Source of the DNA: a virus
Reading direction: 5' to 3' (one strand)
DNA length: 64,000 bases
IMG/VR virus record: IMGVR_UViG_3300025131_000005
Part shown: positions 35,845 to 45,419 of the stretch, in pieces
Layout: each line of letters starts with the position of its first letter
Position numbering within the stretch: the first letter of the stretch is position 1
The notes under the pieces: model-generated
Seen by the model: only the letters and a program-made list of their open reading frames with translations
The model's database searches: none
Told to the model about the DNA's origin: nothing
Translations under genes and position numbers: made by a program

Positions 35845-37626
35845 ATGAAAGTAGTCGAATATGTTGCATCTTTCTTGGAAGATCGCGGCATTAAAAATAT
35901 TTTTATGCTTTCGGGTGGATTCTGTTTGCCCCTGGTTGACGCTATAGCAGATAGTAATATTAATTATGTCTGTAATTTGCACGAACAAGCAGCTGCAATC
36001 TGTGCAGAAGCCCATGCACAATATACAAATTTACCTGGAGTCTGTATAGTTACTGCCGGTCCTGGAAGCACTAATACACTTACAGGCGTTGCTTCCGCAT
36101 GGTTGGATTCAATTCCAATGATTATCTTATCCGGACAAGTTCAGCGTAAAGATATCAAAGGAACCAGAAAGGTAAGACAAATAGGATTCCAAGAAATAGA
36201 TATAGTTTCGGTAGTTAAAAACATAACAAAATGTGCATTAACTGTACTCGATCCACAAAATATCAAATGTATTATGGAATCTGCATGGCATGAAGCCACA
36301 ACTGGTCGCCCTGGTCCTGTTTGGATTGATATACCGCTTGATATACAATCGGCTCAAATTAATGTAGAAAATTTGAGATCTTTTAAGCCAGAATTAAAAA
36401 CTGATAAAAGTGTAGAATTAAAGGAAAAAGTTGCACAATTTTATGAATTAATCAACGCTTCAAAAAGACCGATTTTGTTAGTAGGAAATGGTGTTAGATT
36501 AGCTAATTCTAAAGACAAGTTTTTAAAATTAATCGAGAAGCTAAATATACCTATTTTGACAACTTGGAAATCGATTGATTTTTTGAGTGAGGATCATCCT
36601 CTTTACGCGGGCAGACCAGGATTGATTGGCCAACGAGGTGCAAATTTTTCACAGCAGAATTCGGATCTCTTTATCTCCATCGGCGCACGCCTCGATTTTG
36701 GTCAAACGGCTTTTAACCATAAAAACTTCGCCAGAAAAGCTAAAAAAATTATTATCGATATTGATGAAGCCGAAATCGATAAAATGGAATTCGATATTGA
36801 CTGTCCAATTAATTTTGATGCGAAAGAATTTTTAGAAGAAGCCCTTAACCAGATTGATAAAAAAGAAAAGGACTTTCCGGAATGGTTATCAATCTGCAAA
36901 AATTGGCATGAGCGATATCCTGTTATCTTGAAAGAGTATTGGGAGCAAAAAGAATGTGTCAATAATTACGTTCTAATCGACGCGCTATCACAAACCATGG
37001 TATCGGGAGACTTACTGATCCCTGGCTCTTCAGGAGCCTCTAGCGAGGTCACTATGCAGGCTTTTAAAGTAAAGGACGGTACCCGAATCTTTAACAGTGA
37101 GGGGTTAGGATCGATGGGTTTTGGTGTACCTGCAGCCATTGGGGGATGTATTGCTAGTGATCGCCGCAGAACCGTCTGTGTTGACGGTGATGGAGGCTTT
37201 ATAATGAATATACAGGAATTGGAGACCGTCAGGAGACTTAATTTGCCGATTAAATATTTTGTACTTAATAATGGGGGCTACGCTTCAATTCGAAATTCGC
37301 AAGGCAGGCATTTTGACAAAGAGGTCGCAAGTGGAGAAAATAGTGGTGTAACGCTGCCTGATATTGAAAAAATTAGTCATTCCTATGGAATAAAATATCA
37401 TAAGTTATCAGATCACAAAAATATAGTCGCAAATGTTCAAACAATTTTAGATGAACCAGGACCGGCAATATGTGAGGTGGTGATGCTCCATACTCATGAG
37501 AGTATGCCAAGAAACTCTACCTACAAAAAAGAAGACGGTACTTTTGTCTCACTTCCTATGGAAGATCTGCTTCCTCTCTTGCCACGGGATGAGTTTGAGG
37601 CAAATATGAGCGTTAGTGATGACTAA
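35845..37626 (+). CDS. ThDP-dependent acetolactate-synthase-like enzyme (YerE-like candidate)
   Basis: LHEQAA..AEA, TAGPG.TN, GRPGPV..DIP, GSMGFG, DGDGGF...NN. Confidence 0.88.
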   Translation: MKVVEYVASFLEDRGIKNIFMLSGGFCLPLVDAIADSNINYVCNLHEQAAAICAEAHAQYTNLPGVCIVTAGPGSTNTLTGVASAWLDSIPMIILSGQVQRKDIKGTRKVRQIGFQEIDIVSVVKNITKCALTVLDPQNIKCIMESAWHEATTGRPGPVWIDIPLDIQSAQINVENLRSFKPELKTDKSVELKEKVAQFYELINASKRPILLVGNGVRLANSKDKFLKLIEKLNIPILTTWKSIDFLSEDHPLYAGRPGLIGQRGANFSQQNSDLFISIGARLDFGQTAFNHKNFARKAKKIIIDIDEAEIDKMEFDIDCPINFDAKEFLEEALNQIDKKEKDFPEWLSICKNWHERYPVILKEYWEQKECVNNYVLIDALSQTMVSGDLLIPGSSGASSEVTMQAFKVKDGTRIFNSEGLGSMGFGVPAAIGGCIASDRRRTVCVDGDGGFIMNIQELETVRRLNLPIKYFVLNNGGYASIRNSQGRHFDKEVASGENSGVTLPDIEKISHSYGIKYHKLSDHKNIVANVQTILDEPGPAICEVVMLHTHESMPRNSTYKKEDGTFVSLPMEDLLPLLPRDEFEANMSVSDD

Positions 37627-38521
37627 GAAAATCCTCATTACGGGAGGAAATGGTTTCATAGGCAGAAGCTTGTATGAATTTCTAAGTGACCAATATTTCT
37701 TTCCTCTTGGCAAGAATATTTATTGTCTAGGACGACAAGAATTGGATTTGCTCGATAGTCAGAAAGTGTATGATTTTATCCGAGAACATAAATTTGACGT
37801 AGTGATCCATGCTGCAACTTACGATGCGGTACCTGAATTTACCACCAAAGACACGACAAAAGTTTTGGAATACAATTTAAAGATGTTTTTCAATATTGCG
37901 CGCTGCAAAGAATATTTTGGTAAAATGATATATTTTGGCTCTGGTTCCGAAGCAGGGCGAGAGAATTTCATACCAACTATGACGGAAGAATATATTGAGA
38001 GGAACGTTCCGGAAGACCAGTATGCTTTTTCTAAGCATGTTTCTAATGAATACGCTCAGCTTAGCGACAACATCTATAATTTAAGAATTTTTGGATTATT
38101 TGGTAAATATGATGACTGGAGGTATCGCTTTATCTCCAATGCTTGCTGTAAAGCTGTACTAAACAAGCCTGTTATCATAAATCAGGACGTCATGTTTGAT
38201 TATGTCTATATAAATGATTTTGCAGAGATTGTTAGATGGTTTATAGAAAACAGTCCGGAACGCAAATCTTTTAATATTTGTTCTGGACACCGCTGCAGTT
38301 ATTATTCATTAGCCAAGAAGATTGTTTCGGCATCTTCAAAGGATCTTGAGATCATAACAAAGAAAGAGGGACTACGTAAAGAATATAGTGGCAACAATAT
38401 GCTTTTGAAAAATACGATAAAAGATTTCAAGTTTACGTCCACAAAAGATGCGATAAAAGAGCTTTACAACTGGTATGACGATCATAGAGATCTTATCGAT
38501 GAAGATCTTTTGCTTTACTAA
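37616..38521 (+). CDS. Extended SDR NDP-sugar epimerase/reductase
   Basis: ITGGNGFIG, YAFSK (YxxxK). Confidence 0.85.
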   Translation: MMTKKILITGGNGFIGRSLYEFLSDQYFFPLGKNIYCLGRQELDLLDSQKVYDFIREHKFDVVIHAATYDAVPEFTTKDTTKVLEYNLKMFFNIARCKEYFGKMIYFGSGSEAGRENFIPTMTEEYIERNVPEDQYAFSKHVSNEYAQLSDNIYNLRIFGLFGKYDDWRYRFISNACCKAVLNKPVIINQDVMFDYVYINDFAEIVRWFIENSPERKSFNICSGHRCSYYSLAKKIVSASSKDLEIITKKEGLRKEYSGNNMLLKNTIKDFKFTSTKDAIKELYNWYDDHRDLIDEDLLLY

Positions 38522-38532
38522 CAGAGATTATT

Positions 38533-39039
38533 ATGAGAGAGGAATCATTAAAAGTTTTAGAGAAAGAAATTTCTCTCTACAGAGACAGGTTTCCGGATAA
38601 TGGATTGCCGGAAGATATATTTTTTTTCACTAGCAGGATTACCCCTATTGTCAATGTAGACCTTCTGATACAGGACGAAGACAAAAGAACGCTTCTGGCC
38701 TGGAGGAATAGTTTTGAGTGGGAAGGAGAAGGGTGGCACATACCTGGCGGGATTGTGAGGTACAAGGAAGGGTTTGAAGATCGTTTACTTAAGGTATCTG
38801 AAATGGAAATTGGTACTCAAGTTGAGTTTGAAAAGGCACCCATTGCCCTTAATGAGGTGATATTACCACAAGAGACACGAGGACATTTTGTATCAATCTT
38901 ATACAAATGTTTTCTCAGCCGCGATTTCGTTCTCAGCAATAGCGGAGTTAATTGCCACCAAGAGGGATACTTGAAATGGCACGAAGGGGCACCCACAAAT
39001 CTGCTGAAGTGCCAAGATATATATAGGAAGCATTTTTAA
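38533..39039 (+). CDS. Nudix hydrolase, GDP-mannose mannosyl hydrolase-like
   Basis: VDLLIQD, WHIPGGIV..E, degenerate Nudix box. Confidence 0.7.
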   Translation: MREESLKVLEKEISLYRDRFPDNGLPEDIFFFTSRITPIVNVDLLIQDEDKRTLLAWRNSFEWEGEGWHIPGGIVRYKEGFEDRLLKVSEMEIGTQVEFEKAPIALNEVILPQETRGHFVSILYKCFLSRDFVLSNSGVNCHQEGYLKWHEGAPTNLLKCQDIYRKHF

Positions 39040-39049
39040 GGAAATAATT

Positions 39050-40183
39050 ATGTCCATTGATAGATGCCGAGTTTGTGGTAATAAATTGGAATTACTATTA
39101 TCATACGAAAATATGCCCAAAGCCGCTCAACATATGCCTAATATGCTCGAAAGACTTGCAGAAAGGGGGGTGGATTTAGAAGTCCATCAATGTAAGGGTT
39201 GTGGACTAGCTCAATTAAATAATGAGCCGGTTCCGTATTATAAAGAAGTCATTAGGGCTGCAGCTTTTTCCGAGGAAATGAGAAGCTTCAGAATTAAACA
39301 ATTTGAAAATTTTGTTAACAAGTACTCTCTTCAAGATAAGAAAGTTATCGAGATAGGATGCGGCAAAGGAGAATTTCTTTCCTTGATGAAAGACGCCGGT
39401 ACCAATGCGTATGGTATAGAGTATGCTGATGATTCGGTAAATCTCTGTAATGATAATGGATTGGAGGTGTCAAAGTTTTATATTGATAGCGAAGATGATA
39501 TTTTACCAGCTGCTCCTTACGATTGTTTTTTTATAATGAATTTCTTTGAGCATTTACCGGATCCAAATACGACTCTTAGGGCTCTACATACTAATTTAGC
39601 GGACGACGGTATTGGTATTATTGAGGTGCCGAATTTTGATATGATAATAAAGAAAAAACTATTTTCTGAATTCATCGGTGATCATCTATTTTATTTCACT
39701 AAAGAGACCTTATGTAATACTTTAGCGAAGAATGGTTTTGAAGTATTAGAGTGTAGTGAAATATGGTATGATTATATAATTTCCGTGGTTGTGAGAAAGA
39801 GAGAAAAATTAGATATAACGAATTTCTACGATCATCAAGTAAAGATAAAAAAGGAAATAGAGGATTTTATCAACCACCACGCCGGGTTTGTGGCTATATA
39901 TGGAGCTGGACACCAATCATTTGCTGTTATCTCGATGACCAAAATCGCAAATAAAATAAAATATGTTGTTGATGATGCTCCATTCAAGCAAGGAAAATAC
40001 ACTCCAGCAACTCATATACCAATAGTTTCCAATAAACATTTAAAAAACGATCCAGTGGATGCTATAATCGTTATGGCTGCTAGCTATTCAGACGAAGTGG
40101 CTAGAAAGATAAAACAGAATTTCAATGAAGACATATCTATAGCTATATTGAGAGATTTTGGATTAGAGGAAATTAATGAGTAA
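39050..40183 (+). CDS. NDP-sugar C-methyltransferase-like SAM-dependent protein
   Basis: N-terminal CRVCG...CKGCG..QL, VIEIGCGKG, FEH, IEVPN, IYGAG, VVDDAP.KQG. Confidence 0.8.
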   Translation: MSIDRCRVCGNKLELLLSYENMPKAAQHMPNMLERLAERGVDLEVHQCKGCGLAQLNNEPVPYYKEVIRAAAFSEEMRSFRIKQFENFVNKYSLQDKKVIEIGCGKGEFLSLMKDAGTNAYGIEYADDSVNLCNDNGLEVSKFYIDSEDDILPAAPYDCFFIMNFFEHLPDPNTTLRALHTNLADDGIGIIEVPNFDMIIKKKLFSEFIGDHLFYFTKETLCNTLAKNGFEVLECSEIWYDYIISVVVRKREKLDITNFYDHQVKIKKEIEDFINHHAGFVAIYGAGHQSFAVISMTKIANKIKYVVDDAPFKQGKYTPATHIPIVSNKHLKNDPVDAIIVMAASYSDEVARKIKQNFNEDISIAILRDFGLEEINE

Positions 40184-40592
40184 AAAGAAGAAAGAATTTG
40201 TATCAAATGTTACTGGTGAAGAATGGTTCAAACACAATTCACAAAAATGGGATAGGGTTATTAAGCAGATTGGACTAACTATAGAAGATGAAGTTCATCA
40301 GGGAAAAAAGGGCACAACGGTAACTTTGAAAAAAGGGAGTAAGGTAATTATTGATGATATTAGGGGAAGAATTAAACCTCAATATAGAGTAAGAGATATT
40401 AACGGAAAGATATGGTTTGTGTCGGCTTTAAATGTACAGATTTTAGAAGATGAAGGTGGTAAACCAGATATAACTAAACATAAATATCGAGGAGGTGTCC
40501 GCCATGACGGAAGTAAGGCGTCACCATATCGATATGAAGTTGAAAAAACAACTGAAGAAGAACTAGAAGATATAAGGAGTAACAATGGCTAA
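40176..40592 (+). CDS. Hypothetical protein (small beta-barrel possible)
   Basis: Co-oriented ORF overlapping both neighbours. Confidence 0.55.
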   Translation: MSKKKKEFVSNVTGEEWFKHNSQKWDRVIKQIGLTIEDEVHQGKKGTTVTLKKGSKVIIDDIRGRIKPQYRVRDINGKIWFVSALNVQILEDEGGKPDITKHKYRGGVRHDGSKASPYRYEVEKTTEEELEDIRSNNG

Positions 40593-41916
40593 TTCACACG
40601 ATACAATGTTTCAAACCCCTCTGGAAGGAAACAAACATGACCACACATTACCTTGGAACGAAGAGCAATTAAGGGCTCTCGCAGAAGGTAAGATAATGCA
40701 GAGTACCACAGTTAAAGATGAAAATCTACGCCAAAATTGGCTGAAATCACATAAGCCTCTGGTATATGATAAAATGATGAGATACCCAGAAAAAATTGCA
40801 ATGGGAGAAAGCATAGCAATTATACAATTTCAATATGATTATTTATGTAATTTTGATTGCGAACACTGCTGCATCGACAAATTTTATGTTCCCAAAGCTT
40901 GGGAAAAGGCGTCCGGACGACGAAAATTTGAGTTAGAAGACGTAAGGCGTCTTTCTCAAGAAGCCGATGCAATGGGCTTGGCTAATTTTGTTATCACCGG
41001 AGGAGAGCCTCTTCTACTAAAAGAATATGATAAATTAGTAGAAGCCATTGACCCCAGTAAGTTTTATTTAGTTACGGATTCAAATGGATGGTTTCTGGAC
41101 AAGAAGAGGGCCAAGCATTTAAAGGCAATTGGTGTGGATAAGGTTCAATTGAGTCTAGATGGTGCCGATGCAGAAAGTCATGACACGTTCCGTCGAGCCC
41201 CCGGTTCATTTGATCGTGTAATGAAAGCGATTGATGCTTGTAAAGAAGCTGATCTCCATGTTATTTTGTCTACTGTCATCTGGAAAGATAGAATTTATAC
41301 TGAAGAGTGGAGAACTTTCTTAGATCATGCCAAAGAAAAACAAGTTGGAACATACATTGTATATGCTAAACCCGTGGGTGCCTATGAAGGTGTTACCGAA
41401 CAGATGATGACAGAGAAAGAAGGAAAGATACTGCAGCAGTTTGAGGAAGAATATGATATTTTCACTCATATGACACCTTCATATGGTAGAGATATCGGGT
41501 GTATCGCAGTTAAGAGAATGGTACCTATTTCCCGCTATGGAGATGTTATGCCATGTCCTTACCAGCATGTTTCTCTTGGAAACTTTTTCGAAGAACCACT
41601 CGCAGATATTATTGGCAGAGGTCTTAATATTAAATGGTTTGATCCTAAAAAGAATATGCCCTGTATCTGTGGTGTCGATAAAGGTTTTATTGAAGATGTC
41701 ATTTCAGAATCTTATGGTGACTCAGAAGTACCGGTGAGATATGATAAGGTTTTTACTTCCGATGATTTTATCAAGAAAGATAACATGGGTGATGTGAGAG
41801 CCAATAGCGGCACCGGCAAGGAAGTGGAGACGTGGAAAAACTCTCCTTTGATCACTATCAAGGGTAAGGATCTTAAAGAATTTGATCCTATAGCAGATTC
41901 CATTAAAGGTGCTTAG
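40585..41916 (+). CDS. Radical SAM protein with SPASM/twitch-like C-terminus
   Basis: CNFDCEHC, ITGGEPLL, QLSLDG, H..FR, DVMPCP, C..C. Confidence 0.88.
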   Translation: MANSHDTMFQTPLEGNKHDHTLPWNEEQLRALAEGKIMQSTTVKDENLRQNWLKSHKPLVYDKMMRYPEKIAMGESIAIIQFQYDYLCNFDCEHCCIDKFYVPKAWEKASGRRKFELEDVRRLSQEADAMGLANFVITGGEPLLLKEYDKLVEAIDPSKFYLVTDSNGWFLDKKRAKHLKAIGVDKVQLSLDGADAESHDTFRRAPGSFDRVMKAIDACKEADLHVILSTVIWKDRIYTEEWRTFLDHAKEKQVGTYIVYAKPVGAYEGVTEQMMTEKEGKILQQFEEEYDIFTHMTPSYGRDIGCIAVKRMVPISRYGDVMPCPYQHVSLGNFFEEPLADIIGRGLNIKWFDPKKNMPCICGVDKGFIEDVISESYGDSEVPVRYDKVFTSDDFIKKDNMGDVRANSGTGKEVETWKNSPLITIKGKDLKEFDPIADSIKGA

Positions 41917-42300
41917 GTGATTACCATCACTAAAAGTGCTTTAAAGAGATTTAAAGAAGTTGCTGATTCTAATGATTTTATTAGAATAGGCGTCGTCGGC
42001 GGCGGCTGCGCCGGACTTACTTATAATATTGAAATAGAAGAGAGAGCTGACGAAGATGATATTTTGATCGAATTAGAAGGTGTCAATATATGTATTGATC
42101 GGAATAGCTCCTTTATGTTGAGTGAAACGACTGTAAACTATATAGAAACAATGCAACAATCTGGTTTTAGGTTTGATAATCCTCAAGCCGCCAGTAGTTG
42201 TGGTTGTGGAACATCTTTTAGTCCGAAGGAAGATCCTTCTATCGATTCTTCTATCCCTCTCGCGGGAGGCTGTTCAACTGGTGGTTGCCCCTCTAGTTGA
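41917..42300 (+). CDS. iscA: HesB/IscA/ErpA A-type Fe-S carrier
   Basis: GGCAGLTY, NP, SCGCGTSF; extra C-terminal GGCSTGGC. Confidence 0.88.
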   Translation: MITITKSALKRFKEVADSNDFIRIGVVGGGCAGLTYNIEIEERADEDDILIELEGVNICIDRNSSFMLSETTVNYIETMQQSGFRFDNPQAASSCGCGTSFSPKEDPSIDSSIPLAGGCSTGGCPSS

Positions 42301-42401
42301 CACTACCGCAGATATTAAAAAATTTTCTTAAAAATACTCTAGAATGATGATATAGTAAGGTATATTATCATGTGGTATATTTTAAGGATCAGAGGTACAT
42401 A

Positions 42402-43553
42402 ATGGCTAGAAAGAAGGTTTGGTATGCCCCTAATGGTTTCGAGGCATATGGCGAAGAAGAAATCAAGGCTGTCGAAGAATGTCTAAGGGACGGCTGGCTC
42501 GCCGGCTTTGGTAAGAGGACCGTAGAATTTGAAGAAAAAGTTGCCAAGCTTTTTGGCAAGAAGCATGGAGTCTTTGTGAATTCTGGATCTTCTGCTAACT
42601 TAATAGCACTCGGCAGCTTGGCTCTTCCACGCGGCAGTGAGGTTGTAACTCCTGCGTGTACCTTCTCTACAACCGTTGCCCCTATACTACAATTGGGCTG
42701 TGTTCCTGTCTTTTGCGATGTTGAGCTTGATAAATATGTACCGAGTGTACGAAGTGTATTGGAAAAGATCACCTCCAAAACCAGAGTTATTATGCTTCCT
42801 AATTTGGTGGGTAATAAACCCGATTGGGCCCGACTTAAGCAGGAATTAGGTAACATTGGAAGAACCGATATTGTTTTAATTGAAGATTCTTGTGATACCA
42901 TAACTTTCACTGGCGAAACCGACATATCGACGACTAGTTTTTATGCCAGCCATATAATCACTGCTGGAGGCTCTGGCGGAATGGCTATGTTCAACAGTGG
43001 GGAACAGCTTGATATTGCACTTCAGCTTAGAGATTGGGGACGTATTGGCAATAATTCTGAGTTTATTGATGAGCGCTTCAACCATCAAGTTGATGGGATA
43101 TTATACGATTTCAAATTTCTATACGGGGTAGTGGGCTATAATTTTAAATCTTCGGAAATGAATTCAGCATTTGGTTTAGCTCAATTAAAAAAGTTTGATA
43201 AATTCCGTAAAATAAGAAGGGAAAACATAGAAAGATATTTGCATAACTTGGAAGATATTGAAGAAATTGTATTACCGGATGATAGTATTAAGCCGAATTG
43301 GTTGGCAATCCCCCTTCAGACGGAGAATAGATTAGATCTTTTGAGATTTTTAGAGAAAAACGATATTCAAACAAGAGTTACTTTTGCTGGAAATATCACC
43401 CGTCATCCTGCTTATAGAGAATATCTACAAGAGTTTTCTAATTCTGATATCATTATGAGAGATGGGTTTTTATTGGGAGCACACCATGGTATGACGCTGG
43501 AAGATGTAGATTACGTATGTAATAAAATAAAAGGATTTTTCGGAAGGTATTAA
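42402..43553 (+). CDS. PMP-dependent NDP-4-keto-6-deoxyhexose 3-dehydratase (RfbH/ColD-like; DegT fold)
   Basis: VNSGSSANL, EDSCD, and SFYASHIIT with His at the site where aminotransferases have Lys. Confidence 0.8.
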   Translation: MARKKVWYAPNGFEAYGEEEIKAVEECLRDGWLAGFGKRTVEFEEKVAKLFGKKHGVFVNSGSSANLIALGSLALPRGSEVVTPACTFSTTVAPILQLGCVPVFCDVELDKYVPSVRSVLEKITSKTRVIMLPNLVGNKPDWARLKQELGNIGRTDIVLIEDSCDTITFTGETDISTTSFYASHIITAGGSGGMAMFNSGEQLDIALQLRDWGRIGNNSEFIDERFNHQVDGILYDFKFLYGVVGYNFKSSEMNSAFGLAQLKKFDKFRKIRRENIERYLHNLEDIEEIVLPDDSIKPNWLAIPLQTENRLDLLRFLEKNDIQTRVTFAGNITRHPAYREYLQEFSNSDIIMRDGFLLGAHHGMTLEDVDYVCNKIKGFFGRY

Positions 43554-44503
43554 TGAAAATTGTTATTATAACAGGTTGTTTGGGATTTATGGGTTCTTAT
43601 TTGACGCGTAAAGCATTGAAACTAGGATGGCAAGTGCGAGGAATTGATAAATTAACGTATGCTGCGAATCCCGATCTTTTAACAGAATTTAATGAATATG
43701 AAAATTTTCATTTCGAACGCCGCGATATTAAAAATGTTAAACGTCTTTATGATTGTGACTATATTATAAATTTTGCCGCTGAATCACATGTAGGTAATAG
43801 TATTATCAACAGTGATGAGTTTATTAATAGTAATATATTGGGGGTTAAAAATCTTTTAGATTTGACGAGATTTAAACCTGTTAATTGCAATGAGAAGCCA
43901 GTAATGTTTCATATCAGTACAGATGAAGTTTATGGTGATATTACAAAAGGTGCACATAAGGAATCAGATATTTTGAAACCTAGTAATCCTTATTCGGCTG
44001 CAAAAGCGGGAGGTGATATGCTTATTCATGCATGGGCTAGAACTTATGGTATTAAATATATTATTTTGCGCCCAACGAATAATTATGGTATTGGACAATA
44101 TCCAGAAAAACTCATTCCTCTGGCAGTGAAGAATTTGACTAGGGGTAGAGAGATCAAGCTTCACGATGGAGGTATTCCTACACGCAATTGGTTGCATGCA
44201 GCTGATACGGCTGAAGCAGTGATTTCTATTATTGATTCTGGCAATGTTAACCAAATTTATAATGTAGCCGGAGGATTTGAGCAATCGAACGCAGAAACTG
44301 TAAGAAAGATCATAGAGGCATACTATGGTACCGATGACAATTGGGAACAATATGTGGACTTTGACACTTTTCGCAAAGGACAAGATATTCGCTATGCCTT
44401 AAATGATAGAAAATTAAAGAATCTTGGTTGGAAACCAAAAAAGAATTTTGATAAAGAAATAAAGAATATTGTAGAATATTACAAGAATAATTTTATATGG
44501 TAA
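43553..44503 (+). CDS. rfbB: NDP-glucose 4,6-dehydratase (RmlB-like)
   Basis: DKLTYA, FAAESHV, ISTDEVYG, PSNPYSAAK, NNYG..QYPEKLIP. Confidence 0.88.
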   Translation: MKIVIITGCLGFMGSYLTRKALKLGWQVRGIDKLTYAANPDLLTEFNEYENFHFERRDIKNVKRLYDCDYIINFAAESHVGNSIINSDEFINSNILGVKNLLDLTRFKPVNCNEKPVMFHISTDEVYGDITKGAHKESDILKPSNPYSAAKAGGDMLIHAWARTYGIKYIILRPTNNYGIGQYPEKLIPLAVKNLTRGREIKLHDGGIPTRNWLHAADTAEAVISIIDSGNVNQIYNVAGGFEQSNAETVRKIIEAYYGTDDNWEQYVDFDTFRKGQDIRYALNDRKLKNLGWKPKKNFDKEIKNIVEYYKNNFIW

Positions 44504-44517
44504 GAAAGGAGAATATA

Positions 44518-44727
44518 ATGAAATTATCAGATGAAGCACTTGGTGCGATAATGATGGCCTTACAGAAGTCCCTTATGGAACAAAGCGATATTGTTCCCGT
44601 CTTGAAGGGATTTAAGTTTGAAGCCAACGAAAAGGAAGAACTTATGGTCATGAATCCTCCTCTTGTTAAGATGAATAATGATGATTATGATACACTGACT
44701 TCGATAGAAGATTCATCGGATGCCTAA
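44518..44727 (+). CDS. Hypothetical protein
   Basis: AAGGAG RBS before MKLSDEALG. Confidence 0.6.
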   Translation: MKLSDEALGAIMMALQKSLMEQSDIVPVLKGFKFEANEKEELMVMNPPLVKMNNDDYDTLTSIEDSSDA

Positions 44728-45010
44728 GTATTCTTATAAATGTGAAAATTGCAATCATCAATTTGTTATTTTCCATGGAATACAAGAAAATCCCTCTAAT
44801 TGTCCCGAATGCGAAAGTAGCGACGATTTAACAAAGATGGTCAACATGGTGTATATTAAGAAGACTCCGACAGAGAAAACAAATTCATCTTTTAAGAAAG
44901 TTGGTGAATTAACTAAAGAAGCTATAGAAGATAATAAAGAAATTTTAAAGGATATAAAGGAGCAAACGAAAAATTTAAATTATGTTGATATTACAAATAT
45001 TTCTGATTAG
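44720..45010 (+). CDS. FmdB-like zinc-ribbon protein
   Basis: MPKYSYKCENC...CPEC. Confidence 0.75.
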   Translation: MPKYSYKCENCNHQFVIFHGIQENPSNCPECESSDDLTKMVNMVYIKKTPTEKTNSSFKKVGELTKEAIEDNKEILKDIKEQTKNLNYVDITNISD

Positions 45011-45419
45011 TTCTTTAATACTCAATTCTTTTTTGTTGATTTATTTGTTTGGATTACTTCCTTTTTTATTATTTTTGTCTGTGTTATTCAATGTCGTTAG
45101 TGTAGTTTATATGTATTTTTTACTACATGAGAGAATAAATGTTCAAAATGATTTTTCTTCACTTTTGTTGAGGAGTGAAAATTTTCTCGACCACGTGAAG
45201 AGCATTTACGAATTAGAGATGTTTTACGGAGATGAGACATTGGAATCTCTTATTATTCATTCGAAAGAATTAGTTAATGATTTTTATGAACATGAGGATA
45301 AACACTACACTCCGGAAACAGAAGACCCCCAGGAAGAATATGATAATGATAGAACAGAAAACCAAGAAGAGCCGCTCGACGACTCGCAAGAAAAACCAAT
45401 ATTTCACCAAAGTTCATGA
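44982..45419 (+). CDS. Membrane protein
   Basis: Two N-terminal hydrophobic helices and an acidic tail. Confidence 0.6.
   Translation: MLILQIFLISSLILNSFLLIYLFGLLPFLLFLSVLFNVVSVVYMYFLLHERINVQNDFSSLLLRSENFLDHVKSIYELEMFYGDETLESLIIHSKELVNDFYEHEDKHYTPETEDPQEEYDNDRTENQEEPLDDSQEKPIFHQSS

Noticed and set aside
35845-37626. Acetolactate synthase as an amino-acid auxiliary metabolic gene
   Set aside because: No ilvH/C/D in the window, and the gene is embedded among NDP-sugar enzymes; not formally excluded without an assay.
42297-42400. TTGACA upstream of the 3-dehydratase gene as a sigma70 promoter
   Set aside because: No acceptable -10 at 16-18 nt spacing; only an isolated extended -10-like TGGTATATT further downstream.
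42402-43553. Ordinary DegT/DnrJ aminotransferase
   Set aside because: The catalytic Lys position is occupied by His (SFYASH), typical of 3-dehydratases.
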